64,000 nt of DNA from Flectonema sp. DT1601. Lineage: Eukaryota. Made by a program: the position numbers and the translations under genes. Shown piece by piece: positions 1-11,321 of this stretch; position 1 is the first letter of the stretch; the number at the start of each line of letters is the position of its first letter. The stretch covers positions 1,302,001 through 1,366,000 of the forward strand of contig OZ025782.1 in assembly GCA_964019425.1 (NCBI GenBank), given 5' to 3'. Below the pieces are notes generated by a model. It had not been told where the DNA came from. It saw nothing but the letters and a program-made list of their open reading frames with translations, and ran no database searches.

Positions 1-3000
1 TTGTCAGTGTATAAAACATTAAAAACACTATCAGGATTATGATGCTGTGCTATGAGTTCATTTTGTGGTTTTTCTTCTTCTTTTTCAGATTCAATTTGTT
101 CATTTTGTGGATCTCTCATCCGCTCTTCCATTTTACGTTGTTGCAGTCGAAGTCTTGCTCTTGCTAGTCTTCCTCTCCAAACTGCTTGAACTAACATAGC
201 AGTGTGATGCATAATTATGTTATTCTCTCTTAATGTTTGTACTTCACCTTTTGATTCTTCTGGGTCATCATCCTTCCCGTGGTAGTAAGCTTTTGCTAAT
301 TGCTTTTCAAAATCTTCTCTCATCTTAGCTCCAACAGTCCTACCCGTCGTTTTTTCAAAACTGAGTAGACACAAATGAGCTAATAACTTTTCTTGAGTTA
401 ATTTTCCTTTAACAGTTCTGGTATGCTGCATTGATGCTAAGTAATGTTTTATGATATAGTAATCTGAACAGTCTTGATAAATAGGTCCCAAAGGAGGTCC
501 AATTCTTCTTATAAAAGCAGGTATGTCAGTAACCTGAATTAAACACGATTGAAGCGGATCAAATTCCCTCCAAACTGTGAAGAATCTGTCGGTTTCTTCA
601 TCTGTTAAATGCTGTGCCATGACTTCGTCGGCGACGACGTCGTTGAATTTATCTAACAACACAGCAATGAATAAGTTTAGAATGACGTAAGTCTCAATAA
701 TAACGAAGGATACGAAGTATATATAGCTAACTAAGGGATCTCCGCATTCTCCTGTCTGTCGGTTGCATTCTGGTGGTTGAACTGCGGAGTCGTGCATTAG
801 ACCTGGCCATGCTTCACCAGTTGATATTCGTACCAGAATTAGAATAGCAGAACCGAAATTGTGAAAAGTTGCTCTATCTCGGAGCTGATCACCGTCTTTA
901 ACCTTCGCAAACAAATTAACACCCAAAATAGCATACACAAAGAAAATAAGCAACATCACACCAGCCACGTTAACCATAGTAGGAAGAGTCAGGAATAGAG
1001 TTCTTATTAATGATGAGACTCCCTTAGCGCTGTGAACCAAACGAAGTAGTCGAAGTAGTCGCAAAGCCCTAAATACTGAAGCAGCACCACCAACTGAATT
1101 ACCACTCGCAGCATAACGAGATATGATTCCAGCTACTGAGACTATGATGATAGCGAAGTCAAATTTATTTACCGGAACTGACAGATATCCTTTAAAAGTG
1201 TAGGCTTTAATCTTTAAAATGCATTCAACAGAGAATAACAACACAAACAGATCATTTAAAATCTCAGACAGAGTTGACCACCAAGAAGGTTCCTCATGAT
1301 GCTCCGCGCTAAGTATAGCCACATTGGCAATGACAGCGATATTTATACCAACTTCAAAATATTTATTTGTGACGATCTGAGCACACCATAACTTAAACCC
1401 AGATAGGTCGTCATTCGTTCTGATAGGCGTCTTAACGTGGCGTACTAATACTTTTTGAATTGCTTCCCATCCGGGATCCTTTTCATCTTCGTCGTCGCTG
1501 TCAACTTGAGAACCTGCTAAGGATTTTTTTCGATCTCGTTTTTCTTTTAAAACCATAACACCTTGTTCTTGAAATGCATCAACCAACGCACTCACGAATA
1601 AATTTATAACAAAGAATGCTCCCAACAACACAAACGAGACGAAATACAGAGCAACTATCGGTCTGTTGTCTTTTTGAGGAGCCTCTTCACTGCTGACGCT
1701 ATCCATGCCGATGTACATGATATCGACCCAACCTTCTAAGGAACTCATCTCAAAAAGAGTAAGAAACGCGTGTAGTATGTTATCAAAATTAGTATCGAAA
1801 GCCCGCCACTCTAATTGTCCGTAGAGTTGAGTGGCGTTGCTGTGAAGACAGTCAGACTTGAATCTGAGGTTGTATGGTTCATTACTCTGTTTTGTTTTAT
1901 TGATTTTGTTATTGTCTTTAAGAAAGTAATAACATACGAAATCACCCCATTCATTCTTTGTACAGCTACTAAATGTTCCAGAGAAAAGTTGAACTCCCAA
2001 AATAGCAAATACTAGCCACCCAAGAGATCCTAAAACCATCACCATACCAAGACTGGGTATAGCTAGCCATAGTGATTGCTGTTTGTTTTAAATTTTAAAA
2101 AAAAACAAAAAAAAAAAATTTCCCTGTTTTTTTATGTTTTAGAATCACCACATACCAATGCTCTTTTAAGTCCCTTAAATTTATTTATAAATCGAAGTGG
2201 ACGTAAGACACGAACAACACGAAGTGTTTTTAAATCTCTTAATGAAGAAGATGACGACACTAACGACACAACCGAAGTAGCAACAATAAAGAAATCTAAT
2301 TTATTCCAAGCATCTTTTCTGAGATATGTATCAGGACCAAGAATGAATCCATGTGCAATAATCTTAATGACAGCTTCAACACAAAAAACTATCGTACAGG
2401 AAACGTCAATCCTAAAGAGAGTAACAGCGAGATCTGTGTCAGGAGCAGCGATGGGATCGTTCAACACTAAAGTGATACAGCTTAGAACGATTACGAGAAT
2501 GACTATTATTTCCATTTCAGTTGATTGCATTGCTTCTCCGATCTTCTTTCTAACAGCTGCAATAGTTTGATTTTCTTTTAAACAATTAGTCTGATGAATC
2601 ATACTCTCATGATGGTCACGGTATTCTGAGATGATCTTCTCAAGGAAGGCTGGTTTTTTTGCATCTGAATCTAAACCCGGCATGCCACCACCTCGCTGTT
2701 TTTCTTTCTTCCAGTCTGCTGCGACTGCCTGTATGGCAACGTCCTCCCAACGAACTTGTGTAACTCTCGAGATCAAGATTGATATAAAAAGATTTAACAA
2801 CAAACTATTTCCTATAAAATACCATGATACGAAATACAGAGATGTGAAGTCACCTCTGGCTGCCATTCCGTTGTACATTATAATTTGCCAATCCTCACCA
2901 GATAAAATTTGAAACAACGACAACGATGCTGCAAAAACATTATTAAAATGAGCTCTAGGAAGCCTGGCACATTCCTCTTCACTAATTGGTGGTTGAGGTA

Positions 3001-4984
3001 GTTGAACAGCGGCAGCCCAGCTTGGCATTGCTTTTAGTAAGTCTTCGTCACCATCAAGACCGCAGAATCGACCAGCAAAAAGCTGCATACCAATTAAGGC
3101 ATATATAAATATGATTAAGGCTAGTAGAGCTGTGAGAGTCACAGCTGATTGAATCGATTCTAAAAAAACTCTAACCCATCTTCTCAATCTGGGGAAGTGA
3201 GCTGTCAATTTCAAGACACGAAGAACTTGTAGTGTTCGGATGACTTGTAGGATCTTTACCGATGACTGTTCAGTGTGATTCCACGGGTTTTCAAATCCAA
3301 CGTGGACGACACTTATTATCGCAATTATGAAATCAAAGATATTCCATTTGCTCGAGAAATATAATTTTATCCTGAACACGAGCATTTTTATTACGACGTC
3401 GAAGACGAAAAAACAGGTGAAGCAAACATTCAACACCAACAACATGTCGATCAAAGAAGTCCCGTCATGCCACAGAGACAGTACGACAATGTTTGCTAAA
3501 ATAACTGAAAACATGAAATATTCGTACCATTGTGATGATACAACGCTCATTAAGCCTCTTTGATATTTCATTAAACGAGTTAGGTCTCTCTTTGTTGAGC
3601 ATTCGATGACGGTTGGAGCGCCATCAGCATCATCTTCGAACATGTGCTGTACGTAGTCCAGAGCACTCTCGTCAGCTGTTTGTTCAGCTTTTACTCGTTG
3701 GCGTTCTTTTAGTTTCTTCTTCTCATCTTCGTAGAACAAATTATAATCAAACACGTTGTTCACAATAACGACCGTGAGGTTTATAATACAATAAGCTCCC
3801 ATGAAGGTTAACAGTATGAAATAAAGAGAAGAAAAATAATTAGATGCGTCTACAATGTGATACATTGTGTTACTCCATCCTTCCTTTGTAACGGCAACCG
3901 TTAAAGTTAGAAGTGATGATCCCATATTGTCGAAGGATGTTTTTCCATGATCACCTGGATTAGAACATTCAGGAACACAAACTGCTCCAAATGAACAGTG
4001 AAATCCTTTAAAAACACCAGTGCTGTTGCTGCATACTCTTCCTCTTTCTGAAGTCATTATCGATACTTTCGAGACGTTGTATTTTCCAAATAAATCCAAT
4101 TCACTGAAACATCTATTTCTCAGCACACCTTTCCACAATTGAACAGCAATAATCCCCATTGCGAATAAAAACATCATAAACAATAACAACATATTTAATA
4201 ATCTTGGTAGAGATTGTAGAATCGACTTCATCAACACTCTCATTTCAGTCAATACCGATACAGCTTTTAGTGGTCGTAGTAGACGAAAAGATCGAAGGCC
4301 ACTCAGTGGACCTGTACTCGAACTGACACCAAAAGCGAGGAAAATGAGAGAAAAAATCCCAGAAACGACGACTATGAAATCGAGAACCCCCCACCATGAT
4401 ATTTTTACATTAGAATGAATATCACCGTTGCGGAGTCGTCGTCGTTGAGTGTACCCAAAATATGAAGTTCGTGTTCCCCAGTATCCATTACCAGCAATCC
4501 TAAGAATGAACTCAACGGTATATATGATAGTGAAGGCCAAGTCTAGGTACCGTAATGCATCAGGGTTTTTAGCATTTGGTGCAGGGTCTTCTAATGCTAA
4601 TGCGATACTGTTTCCCATGATAACAACAATGACTACTTTATCAAGGTAGCCAGTGTCAATGCAAGTCTCACGAATCTTTAATCTCCATTCGCTCATATCA
4701 TGAGAAGTGTCGTTGTGCTGAGCTGCTTGTAGTTTTGTTATCGCCGCTGTTTCTGCTGCTTGTCGGAGTCTGTCTTTTGGAGTTTGTGTTTGATTGATAC
4801 TCACAATACTCATTGACCTACCTGGTGTTTGAGGAGCTGTTGGACTTATGACAGACATTGCTCTTCCTGTTCTTGGTGTCACTCGAGGTGTTGTCTTTGG
4901 AGTGAAGCTACCTCCCCTATCCCTTGGAGTCATCACACGTGAAGCACTCCTAGAGCGGGGTGTTACTGTCCACTCAGGATCCAT
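1..4984 (-). CDS. Four-domain voltage-gated Ca2+ channel alpha-1 subunit (Cav-like), 3' end truncated by the window edge; exons 4984-2156, 2078-1938, 1886-<1 (>=1618 aa)
   Basis: Four 6-TM repeats with Arg-rich S4 segments (LRSFRLLRPLK, IRTLQVLRVLKL, LRVVRVLRPLR, FRALRLLRLLRLV). Pore loops TKEGW, SGEDW, SLEGW, TGEAW give an EEEE filter. C-terminal EF/GPHH-like segment (WREFDP...IGPPLGP) and IQ motif (VQAVWRGRLAR, ~150-195). GT-AG intron 2079-2155 restores the frame (KRAL|QSLWLAIP). A probable in-frame intron lies at 1887-1937. The frame stays open to position 1. Confidence 0.95.
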
Positions 4985-5499
4985 TTTATCTTATGTTAGC
5001 TTCCCATTACTGTGAAATATTTTTTTTTTTTTTACTTCTCATTACTTTAATTCTTTCATCTGAGAACTGAATTCGGCAGATAAATAACACAAAAAAACAA
5101 CACATTCCCCCCGTTCCCCCAAACTAAATATATACTTTTGGGGGGGTACATCACATCATCATCACCTTGTAAACGATTAAGTAAACAACTAAAGAAGACT
5201 TGATGAATTTTTGTTTTTGTTTTTGTTTGTTTTATTTAGCACATTATTTTCTGATAGGAAAAAAGAAGAAAAAAAAAGAAAGGTTATCCAGCAGTTGTAG
5301 TGCAATCTTCTGCCTGCCTTTCATTCAAAAAAGAAAAAGAAAAGGAAAAGAAAACAAATTCCCAGGTTTTTAATAAAATATAAGATTAACAGTTGGGGAG
5401 CAGTTGGGCGGCGGAAGCGTAAATTTAAAGTATTCCTCGTAGAAGGTGAACGTTTTCACTTAAGAAATGAACACAACAAAAAGGTTTCTTGAAAGAAGA

Positions 5500-5530
<31 letters not shown>

Positions 5531-5640
5531 GGTAACTGGTGGGGTGAAAGGGGTCTAACAAACAAATCTCTGAGCCAACTTTTTTCAAACTTTTTTTTTT
5601 TTTTTTTTTTCGTGTGTTTTCAATTCTCCTCGAATGATCG

Positions 5641-5760
5641 AAGATTATATCCGCTTCAGGAACTACCATCAGAAAACATTCCTTCAATGCAACACAAACA
5701 CACAACACACAACACAACACACACACACACTGCAGGAAGTATCTGACGGCGAACCATCTT
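5641..5760 (-). other. Extended imperfect RNA hairpin with a GU-repeat loop in the intergenic/UTR region
   Basis: Minus-strand nested pairings: aagat/atctt, ttcgc/gcgga, cgtcaga/tctgatg, ttcct/aggaa, cagtgt/gcattg. The non-Watson-Crick positions are G-U on the transcribed strand and A-C on the plus strand. Confidence 0.4.
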
Positions 5761-6398
5761 TAACAGTACAGGGGAAAATACAGAACTCCTAATTTGCAAT
5801 ACTACACATACATTAAAAACCAATGGTGTTAATAAACAACACATATCCTGTATAGACGTCAACATAATTAGATACCAACAAAAGGAAATGATAAAATACG
5901 TATAGACTTGTGCAAGGCCAGGGCGGGGCTCAACAAAACAAATCATAATGCCTGTGATTGTTTCACTGGTACAGCATGAAACCAGTTGTTCGGTGTAGAG
6001 AAAAAAAAAAAAAAAAAAAAAAAGACATGCAATTAAATTATACTTAATGAGCGGGTGGTATACACTATTTTTTTTTTTTAAATTTTTTTTTTTTCAACGA
6101 AAAAATTGAAGTGGAAAGAGAAACAACAAAAAAACCGAAACGAACCGAATTTAGGAGGGAGATCAGCCACTCACGATAAGTCTGGTGGTCACTACTCTAA
6201 CAAAGTACTGGAATAAAGATATCCTGCACCAGTTCACCCTTTTGGCAACGGTCGGCATAAGAAATGGCGTAACCCGCTCTCTCGATAAAAAAAAAATTTG
6301 AAAATAAAAATAAATACTATTACAGATATGATGACAAGGTTTTATGGCTGTCTACAGCTCCTTGTCGTTGAAACAGAAATGTCGATCGAAATAACTGC

Positions 6399-9300
6399 CT
6401 AGCTTGATTCCTGTTGTAATCTTCTCCTTGCGAGGATCGACTGCAATTCGTCGTCCATCTCGCCTCCATCTTCTCCCTGTTTTTGTTTTGTTTACTTTGT
6501 TTTTTTACGGCGAATACAATAAACAACTTCTTATTATGTATAACACATACCTCGCAGTACATTGGTGCGGCTTCGACAACAAGAGTTCCCTTAGGGGTTA
6601 CATCCAATTCACGGAGGTAGTCAGACCCAGCGTGGAATGTGGTTTCGTCAAGTCGCAGAGTAGTTTCACCAATCGAATCACGTCCATGTTGAATCTGTTT
6701 TGTTTTATTTAATGTCTTCATTAAGAAGAGATAATAATAATTTATAAAAAGGAATATTCAACAACAAACCCTGAACTGGAGGTTCATCGGAAGAGATTTT
6801 TCCGGCAGCTTCATTTTAAATTTCTGATCCCACTTTACAACGTTGCCGTCGGTGTCGCGGACAGCAGTTTTACGAACTCGTTGTCCCTTAGAGGCAAGTA
6901 GTACTTGGATATTATGACTGGCTCCAGGTATGTTTGAGGCTTCAATAATTCGAACTTCAAGTCCAGTTGGTTGACGGTGTCCGTGCTTTTCCTTTTCAAC
7001 TGGTGAGGATGGAACAATTGCTACTGGAGCATCACCCCAGTCTGCATCTTCATCAGCTGCATCTATTGCGTCATCCCATTCAACTTCTTCAATCCAACCA
7101 TCGTCTGCTGGTGCAGCTCTACGAGCAGCCAGCTTCTTAGCTAACTCATCACCACTCTCATCCCAGTCATCTTGTTTTCCACCTGGTTCGCTAACCTTCT
7201 TTGGAACAGTCTTCTTTGACGGGGTGCTTTCCCAGTTGTCTTCTTCTTCCCACTTATCGTTCTTATCAGCAGCCTTCTTCTTCGGCTTCTTTGCTGGTTC
7301 CTCGTCCCAGGATTCTTCTGTTTTCTTCTTGGCAGGTGCAGGTGCGTCATCCCAAGCATCTTGATCAGCTCCTTCCTCCCAGTTTTCAGGTTTCTTGTCA
7401 GTTTTTCTCAATTTCACGTTTTTGAAGTTCTCACCAGGGTCTTCATCTTCCCATTTATCTAACTGACCTTGCTTGAGGTGGCCGGGTCCCTTCTTCCCCA
7501 TTGCCGGTACCGGCACTGCACCCCAGTCGTCTTCTTCATCGTGTTTTTGTGCGGGTTTTTCCTTAGACGGTGCCGGGGTCTCATCCCAGCTTTCTTCAGG
7601 CGTTGACTTTTTAACCTCTTTTCCCTTTGCAGGTGCTGGTTCGTCATCCCAAGCTTCAGCGTCTTTTTTCGCTTGCGATGCCTTTGCTAGTGCCGGGGTC
7701 TCGTCCCACTCGTCGTCGGCAGCGTCCTTAGTATCAGGCTTGTTAACTTTGCGGAGGACAACCTTTTCATCTTCCCACTCGTCGTCTTTTTGAGGATTTT
7801 GTTTAGGCTTTCCCTTTGTTTTTAGTGCCGGTGTTTCATCCTCCCAGGCCTCGTCAGTCGCAGCTGCAGCCTTTGCTTTAGTAGCTTTTGGTGCAGGGGC
7901 GGCATCATCCCAAGACTCCTCGGGCTGTTTAGCTTTTGCTACTGGTTCTTCATCCCAGCTTTCTTCCTTGGCCGAAGCCTTCTTCGGCGCAGGCTTCTCA
8001 TCTTCCCAGGCTTCGTCAGCTGCTGTCTTAGCAGGAACCTTCTTTGGTGCAGGTTTCTCATCCTCCCAGGCGTCGTCATCACCGGCAGCCTTGGCAGTGG
8101 CTGTTGCTGCCACTGCAGCAACGGCCGCTGCATCATCCCAGGATTCTTCAGGTGCTGACTTAGCTTTCTTGTCGGCCTTGCTCTTTTTGTCCTTTTTCTT
8201 ACTAGGCAAGGAAATGGCAGAGGCAGCAGAGGCAGCAATAGCAGCCACCTGGAGACCATCTTCCCAAGATTCCCCAGAGTCCGATGATGCTTTTGTCTTC
8301 GTTTGAGCTGGAGCAGGAGCAGGCTCGTCCCAGTTTTCATTGTCAGCGGCAGCTTCCTTCTTACTAACAGGAACTGGAGCAGGGGCGTCCTCTTCCCAGT
8401 TTTCTTCCGCAGCTGGTGCTGGTGCCTTTTTAGTTGGCTCGTCCCAGTTTTCCTCTTCAACCGGTGCTGGTGACTTCTTAGCTGGCTCGTCCCAGTTCTC
8501 TTCCGCAGCTGGTGCTGGTGCTGGTGCTGGTGCCTTTTTAGTTGGTTCGTCCCAGTTTTCCTCTTCAACTGGTGCTGGTGACTTCTTAGCCGGCTCGTCC
8601 CAGTTCTCTTCCGCAGCTGGTGCTGGTGCTGGTTCCTTTTTAGTTGGTTCGTCCCAGTTTTCCTCTTCAACTGGTGCTGGTTCCTTTTTAGTTGGTTCGT
8701 CCCAGTTTTCTTCTTCGGCGGCTTTGTTGACAGGCGCCTTTGAAGGAGCGTCTTCCCAGTCTTCTTCAACAGGCGGCTCTTTAGAAGGGGCGTCATTCCA
8801 ATTTTCCTCTGGTTGCTGTTCATCTGCTGTTTTTCCTTCAACTGGGACAGGAGGAATAGAGTGCTGACGTTCATATTCTTCAGCTTCGCGGGCTTTGCGG
8901 TTTGCCTCAGCAGCTACGAGTGCTTCCTCAACATCGCGCTGCTCTGGAGGAGTAGCAGGTGGGGTTGACTGGCGTGCAGCAGCAGGACTTGATGATAAAC
9001 CTCCAAGGAATATATCAGCTAGTAGTCCTCTATCTTCTGGGTATTGATCTTTCAACTTATTGAAGAGAAGTTGATTTGGGTTGTCAGATTGTTGCAACGC
9101 TAACCTCGCCACCTCTCCACAAGGGTGCTGAGGTGTTTTACCAGAGTCTTCGTAATACCTGGCAACCTTCTCAGCCAATGCATCAACTTCTTCTGGTGGA
9201 GAATCGTCGTTGGTGTCGTTGATTAAAGGTTCTCGCATTTCTCTGGCATTCTGCCAATTGTTTCGAGTTTGTTTTAGTTGATCATGATTCCTTCTTAGAG

Positions 9301-10120
9301 CACAGTAGAAGACTGCCAATACGATTGCTAGAAGGACGAGTGTAAGAGCTATTCCCATAAAGACACCATTAGAAGATGCTGGATCAGGTTTCAAGTCTTG
9401 CATTGCAGTACAAGGAACCATAGCATTCCCTAATAACGGATCACACTGATCACAACGTAGAGTCACTGGAGGTTCGTCACCTTTCCCAGCAAGTGAGCGG
9501 GTGCATGCTTGATCACTAAATACCTGATAGGTAACTGTGTCCCAGGTTTTCTGGTCTTGCTTTGTGGTTACAATTCTAACGTAAGAATTCATTCCCGAAC
9601 GACTACCACACATTGTTAGAGGTACACATGTGTCAAAAGGTACACCAACAGGAAGACCCTTACACTGACTGGCACAACTATTTAATTGAATACCTGTGCA
9701 GGTACTTGTTGTTACTGTTGCTGATTTTGGGTTTGATAAGTCTCCTTCTAACCAATTCCCTTCTCCGGATTTTATAACTTTGTTGGCGTCGGATCGGCGA
9801 GCGAGACCGATGCAGTCTCCGTTTTTGAATATTTTATCTCTCTTGGAGATGTCGTTTCCTTCGATGTACCAACCACCCGAACCTATATTGCACCAATACA
9901 TGAATAGCAGACCTGTACTTTCCCAACCAGGTGTATTTTGAGCTGCGCCTGTCCAATATGTAGGAATTCCGTTAAGAGTCAGTGTGGGGTGTTGGGCCCA
10001 CCACTTACCGTCTAATTGTGGATCGGCAAACCCATGCATTCTAAACGATGAACACCCCTCATCCTTTCCTGCAGTAGCTCCCAGCACCAGGATGGCTGCG
10101 ACTACTGCTCTGCTGAACAT
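6399..10120 (-). CDS. Type-I membrane protein (~1190 aa): signal peptide, Cys-rich ectodomain, single TM, long acidic/Trp-repeat cytoplasmic region with WH2/C/A-like motifs, C-terminal C2 domain; exons 10120-6770, 6694-6551, 6476-6399
   Basis: The ATG at 10120 (MFSRAVVAAILVLGATAG) follows a pyrimidine tract+CAG at 10142-10140. TM segment GVFMGIALTLVLLAIVLAVFYCAL. C2-like region LEVRIIEASNIP...VVKWDQKF...IGETTLRL. GT-AG introns 6695-6769 and 6477-6550 join the exons in frame to ...MDDELQSILARRRLQQESS*. Confidence 0.85.
8390..8715 (-). repeat. Coding tandem repeat (EENWDEP-[T/A]KK-x-PAP units, ~45-60 nt)
   Basis: Seven near-identical DNA units (core cccagtt[t/c]tc on the plus strand) encode six EENWDEP and one EENWEED. 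Confidence 0.9.
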
Positions 10121-10139
10121 GTTATTGCCGTCAGGGTAC

Positions 10140-10161
10140 CTGATAAAAAAGAGGAAAAAAA
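10140..10161 (-). promoter_or_regulatory. Putative SL trans-splice acceptor (polypyrimidine tract + CAG)
   Basis: Minus-strand T/C-rich tract ending ...ttttatcag, ~20 nt upstream of the ATG at 10120, with no matching upstream coding exon. Similar sites occur at 12795, 32668, 37577, 38795 and 40060. Confidence 0.5.
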
Positions 10162-10322
10162 TTTTTTTTTTCATTTTCTTACAACACGACCATTCTCCTT
10201 GCATGATCTTCCCTTGTTTCAGAGTTCCTTAATAAGAATTAAGATAAAAAGAACCTAATAATATTACAACATAAAAATCTCAACCTGTCCAACGATGTGG
10301 ACAAAACCGACCATGATAAATA

Positions 10323-11171
10323 TCACCCTATTTTAACTTGCAGTTTGCTAGCCATCCATTCAGCTGCTGTGAACTGAACCGCTCCACCAGGTGCGATTCT
10401 GGCCACACGCATAGAAACGCCTTTAAAGAATACACGATAGCCTTCTTGTGAAATAATATTAGAAATACATTGTCTTATTGTAAGAGGTGTGCGTCCTTCT
10501 GATAATTGAATTCTTGTTTTGACAACGTCGAGAGGAGATACCAGAAAAGCCACAAAGACATTCGTAGTAAACCCAGCAATACTGTGAAGAATAGCTTTGT
10601 TAGTCTTGAATACTGAGATGTTGTTTGTACCGTAGTCTCGGATTACTGTATAGCCACCGAACTTTATGAATAAACCCCATGACTGTCTCAAAACTGTTAT
10701 TACAACACCTCTGTATAATCCTTTTATACCATGAGACGATACAACTGAAGAAGTTGTTTTTAATAAACTTCCACCTGAAGATACGTCAACTTGCTGTCTA
10801 TTTTTCACAAGTTCCATCGGTGCAACAACTGCTATCGCTTGAAAGATACCAGTTAAGATACCTGCTATGCTCGGTCGCATTATTTTTGATATGTCTGTGT
10901 GGGTTTCCAACAGTTTAGAAAATACTGATAGCCCAGCATATTGAAGGCAAACTTTAGGAACGACAGAAGCCATAACAGGTCCAATTCCCTTATAAAAAGC
11001 TCCAATACCTTCTTTCTGAAGGGTGCTTTTGAATGCATCTCTAATCCGGTGAAACGCAACATTACCAACTCTTTCTGCTTGCATTCTGGTTTTCATAGTG
11101 TCGATCGGATGTAATAGAGTTGCTTCTACGAGTCCAGCAGATCCACCAACAACAGCATGTCTCCAATCCAT
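10323..11171 (-). CDS. Mitochondrial carrier family (SLC25) protein, succinate/fumarate- or citrate-carrier-like
   Basis: 282 aa with three Px[D/E]xxKxR signatures (HPIDTMKTRMQ, APMELVKNRQQ, SPLDVVKTRIQ). Contact-point motifs VPK, LRQ and RIAPG resemble SFC1/citrate carriers. Confidence 0.93.
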   Translation of the reverse strand: MDWRHAVVGGSAGLVEATLLHPIDTMKTRMQAERVGNVAFHRIRDAFKSTLQKEGIGAFYKGIGPVMASVVPKVCLQYAGLSVFSKLLETHTDISKIMRPSIAGILTGIFQAIAVVAPMELVKNRQQVDVSSGGSLLKTTSSVVSSHGIKGLYRGVVITVLRQSWGLFIKFGGYTVIRDYGTNNISVFKTNKAILHSIAGFTTNVFVAFLVSPLDVVKTRIQLSEGRTPLTIRQCISNIISQEGYRVFFKGVSMRVARIAPGGAVQFTAAEWMASKLQVKIG

Positions 11172-11321
11172 GTTTACAAATACTCTTGACGTTTCTGAGG
11201 TGAGCGAAGTACTTTAATCCTTTTGACTTACCTTTAGTAAGATGTAATCCCGTGATTAGATATTATTATGTAGTTTGTAATGTAAATAAATAAACCACAA
11301 AATGAAGTATTTCAATATTAT

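Noticed and set aside
5460..5946. Hydrophobic Cys/Val-rich ORFs
   Set aside because: They arise from (GT)n and poly-T/A tracts, so the composition is a microsatellite artefact.
6320..6721. 133-aa ORF as a separate gene
   Set aside because: It is exon 2 of the 6399-10120 gene read through flanking intron sequence.
7141..8874. Overlapping ORFs (e.g. 7939-8874 minus, 8340-8867 plus) and a CRISPR-like look of the repeats
   Set aside because: They are frame-shifted or antisense readings of the coding EENWDEP tandem repeat. Units vary in multiples of 3, there are no unique spacers or cas genes, and the context is eukaryotic.
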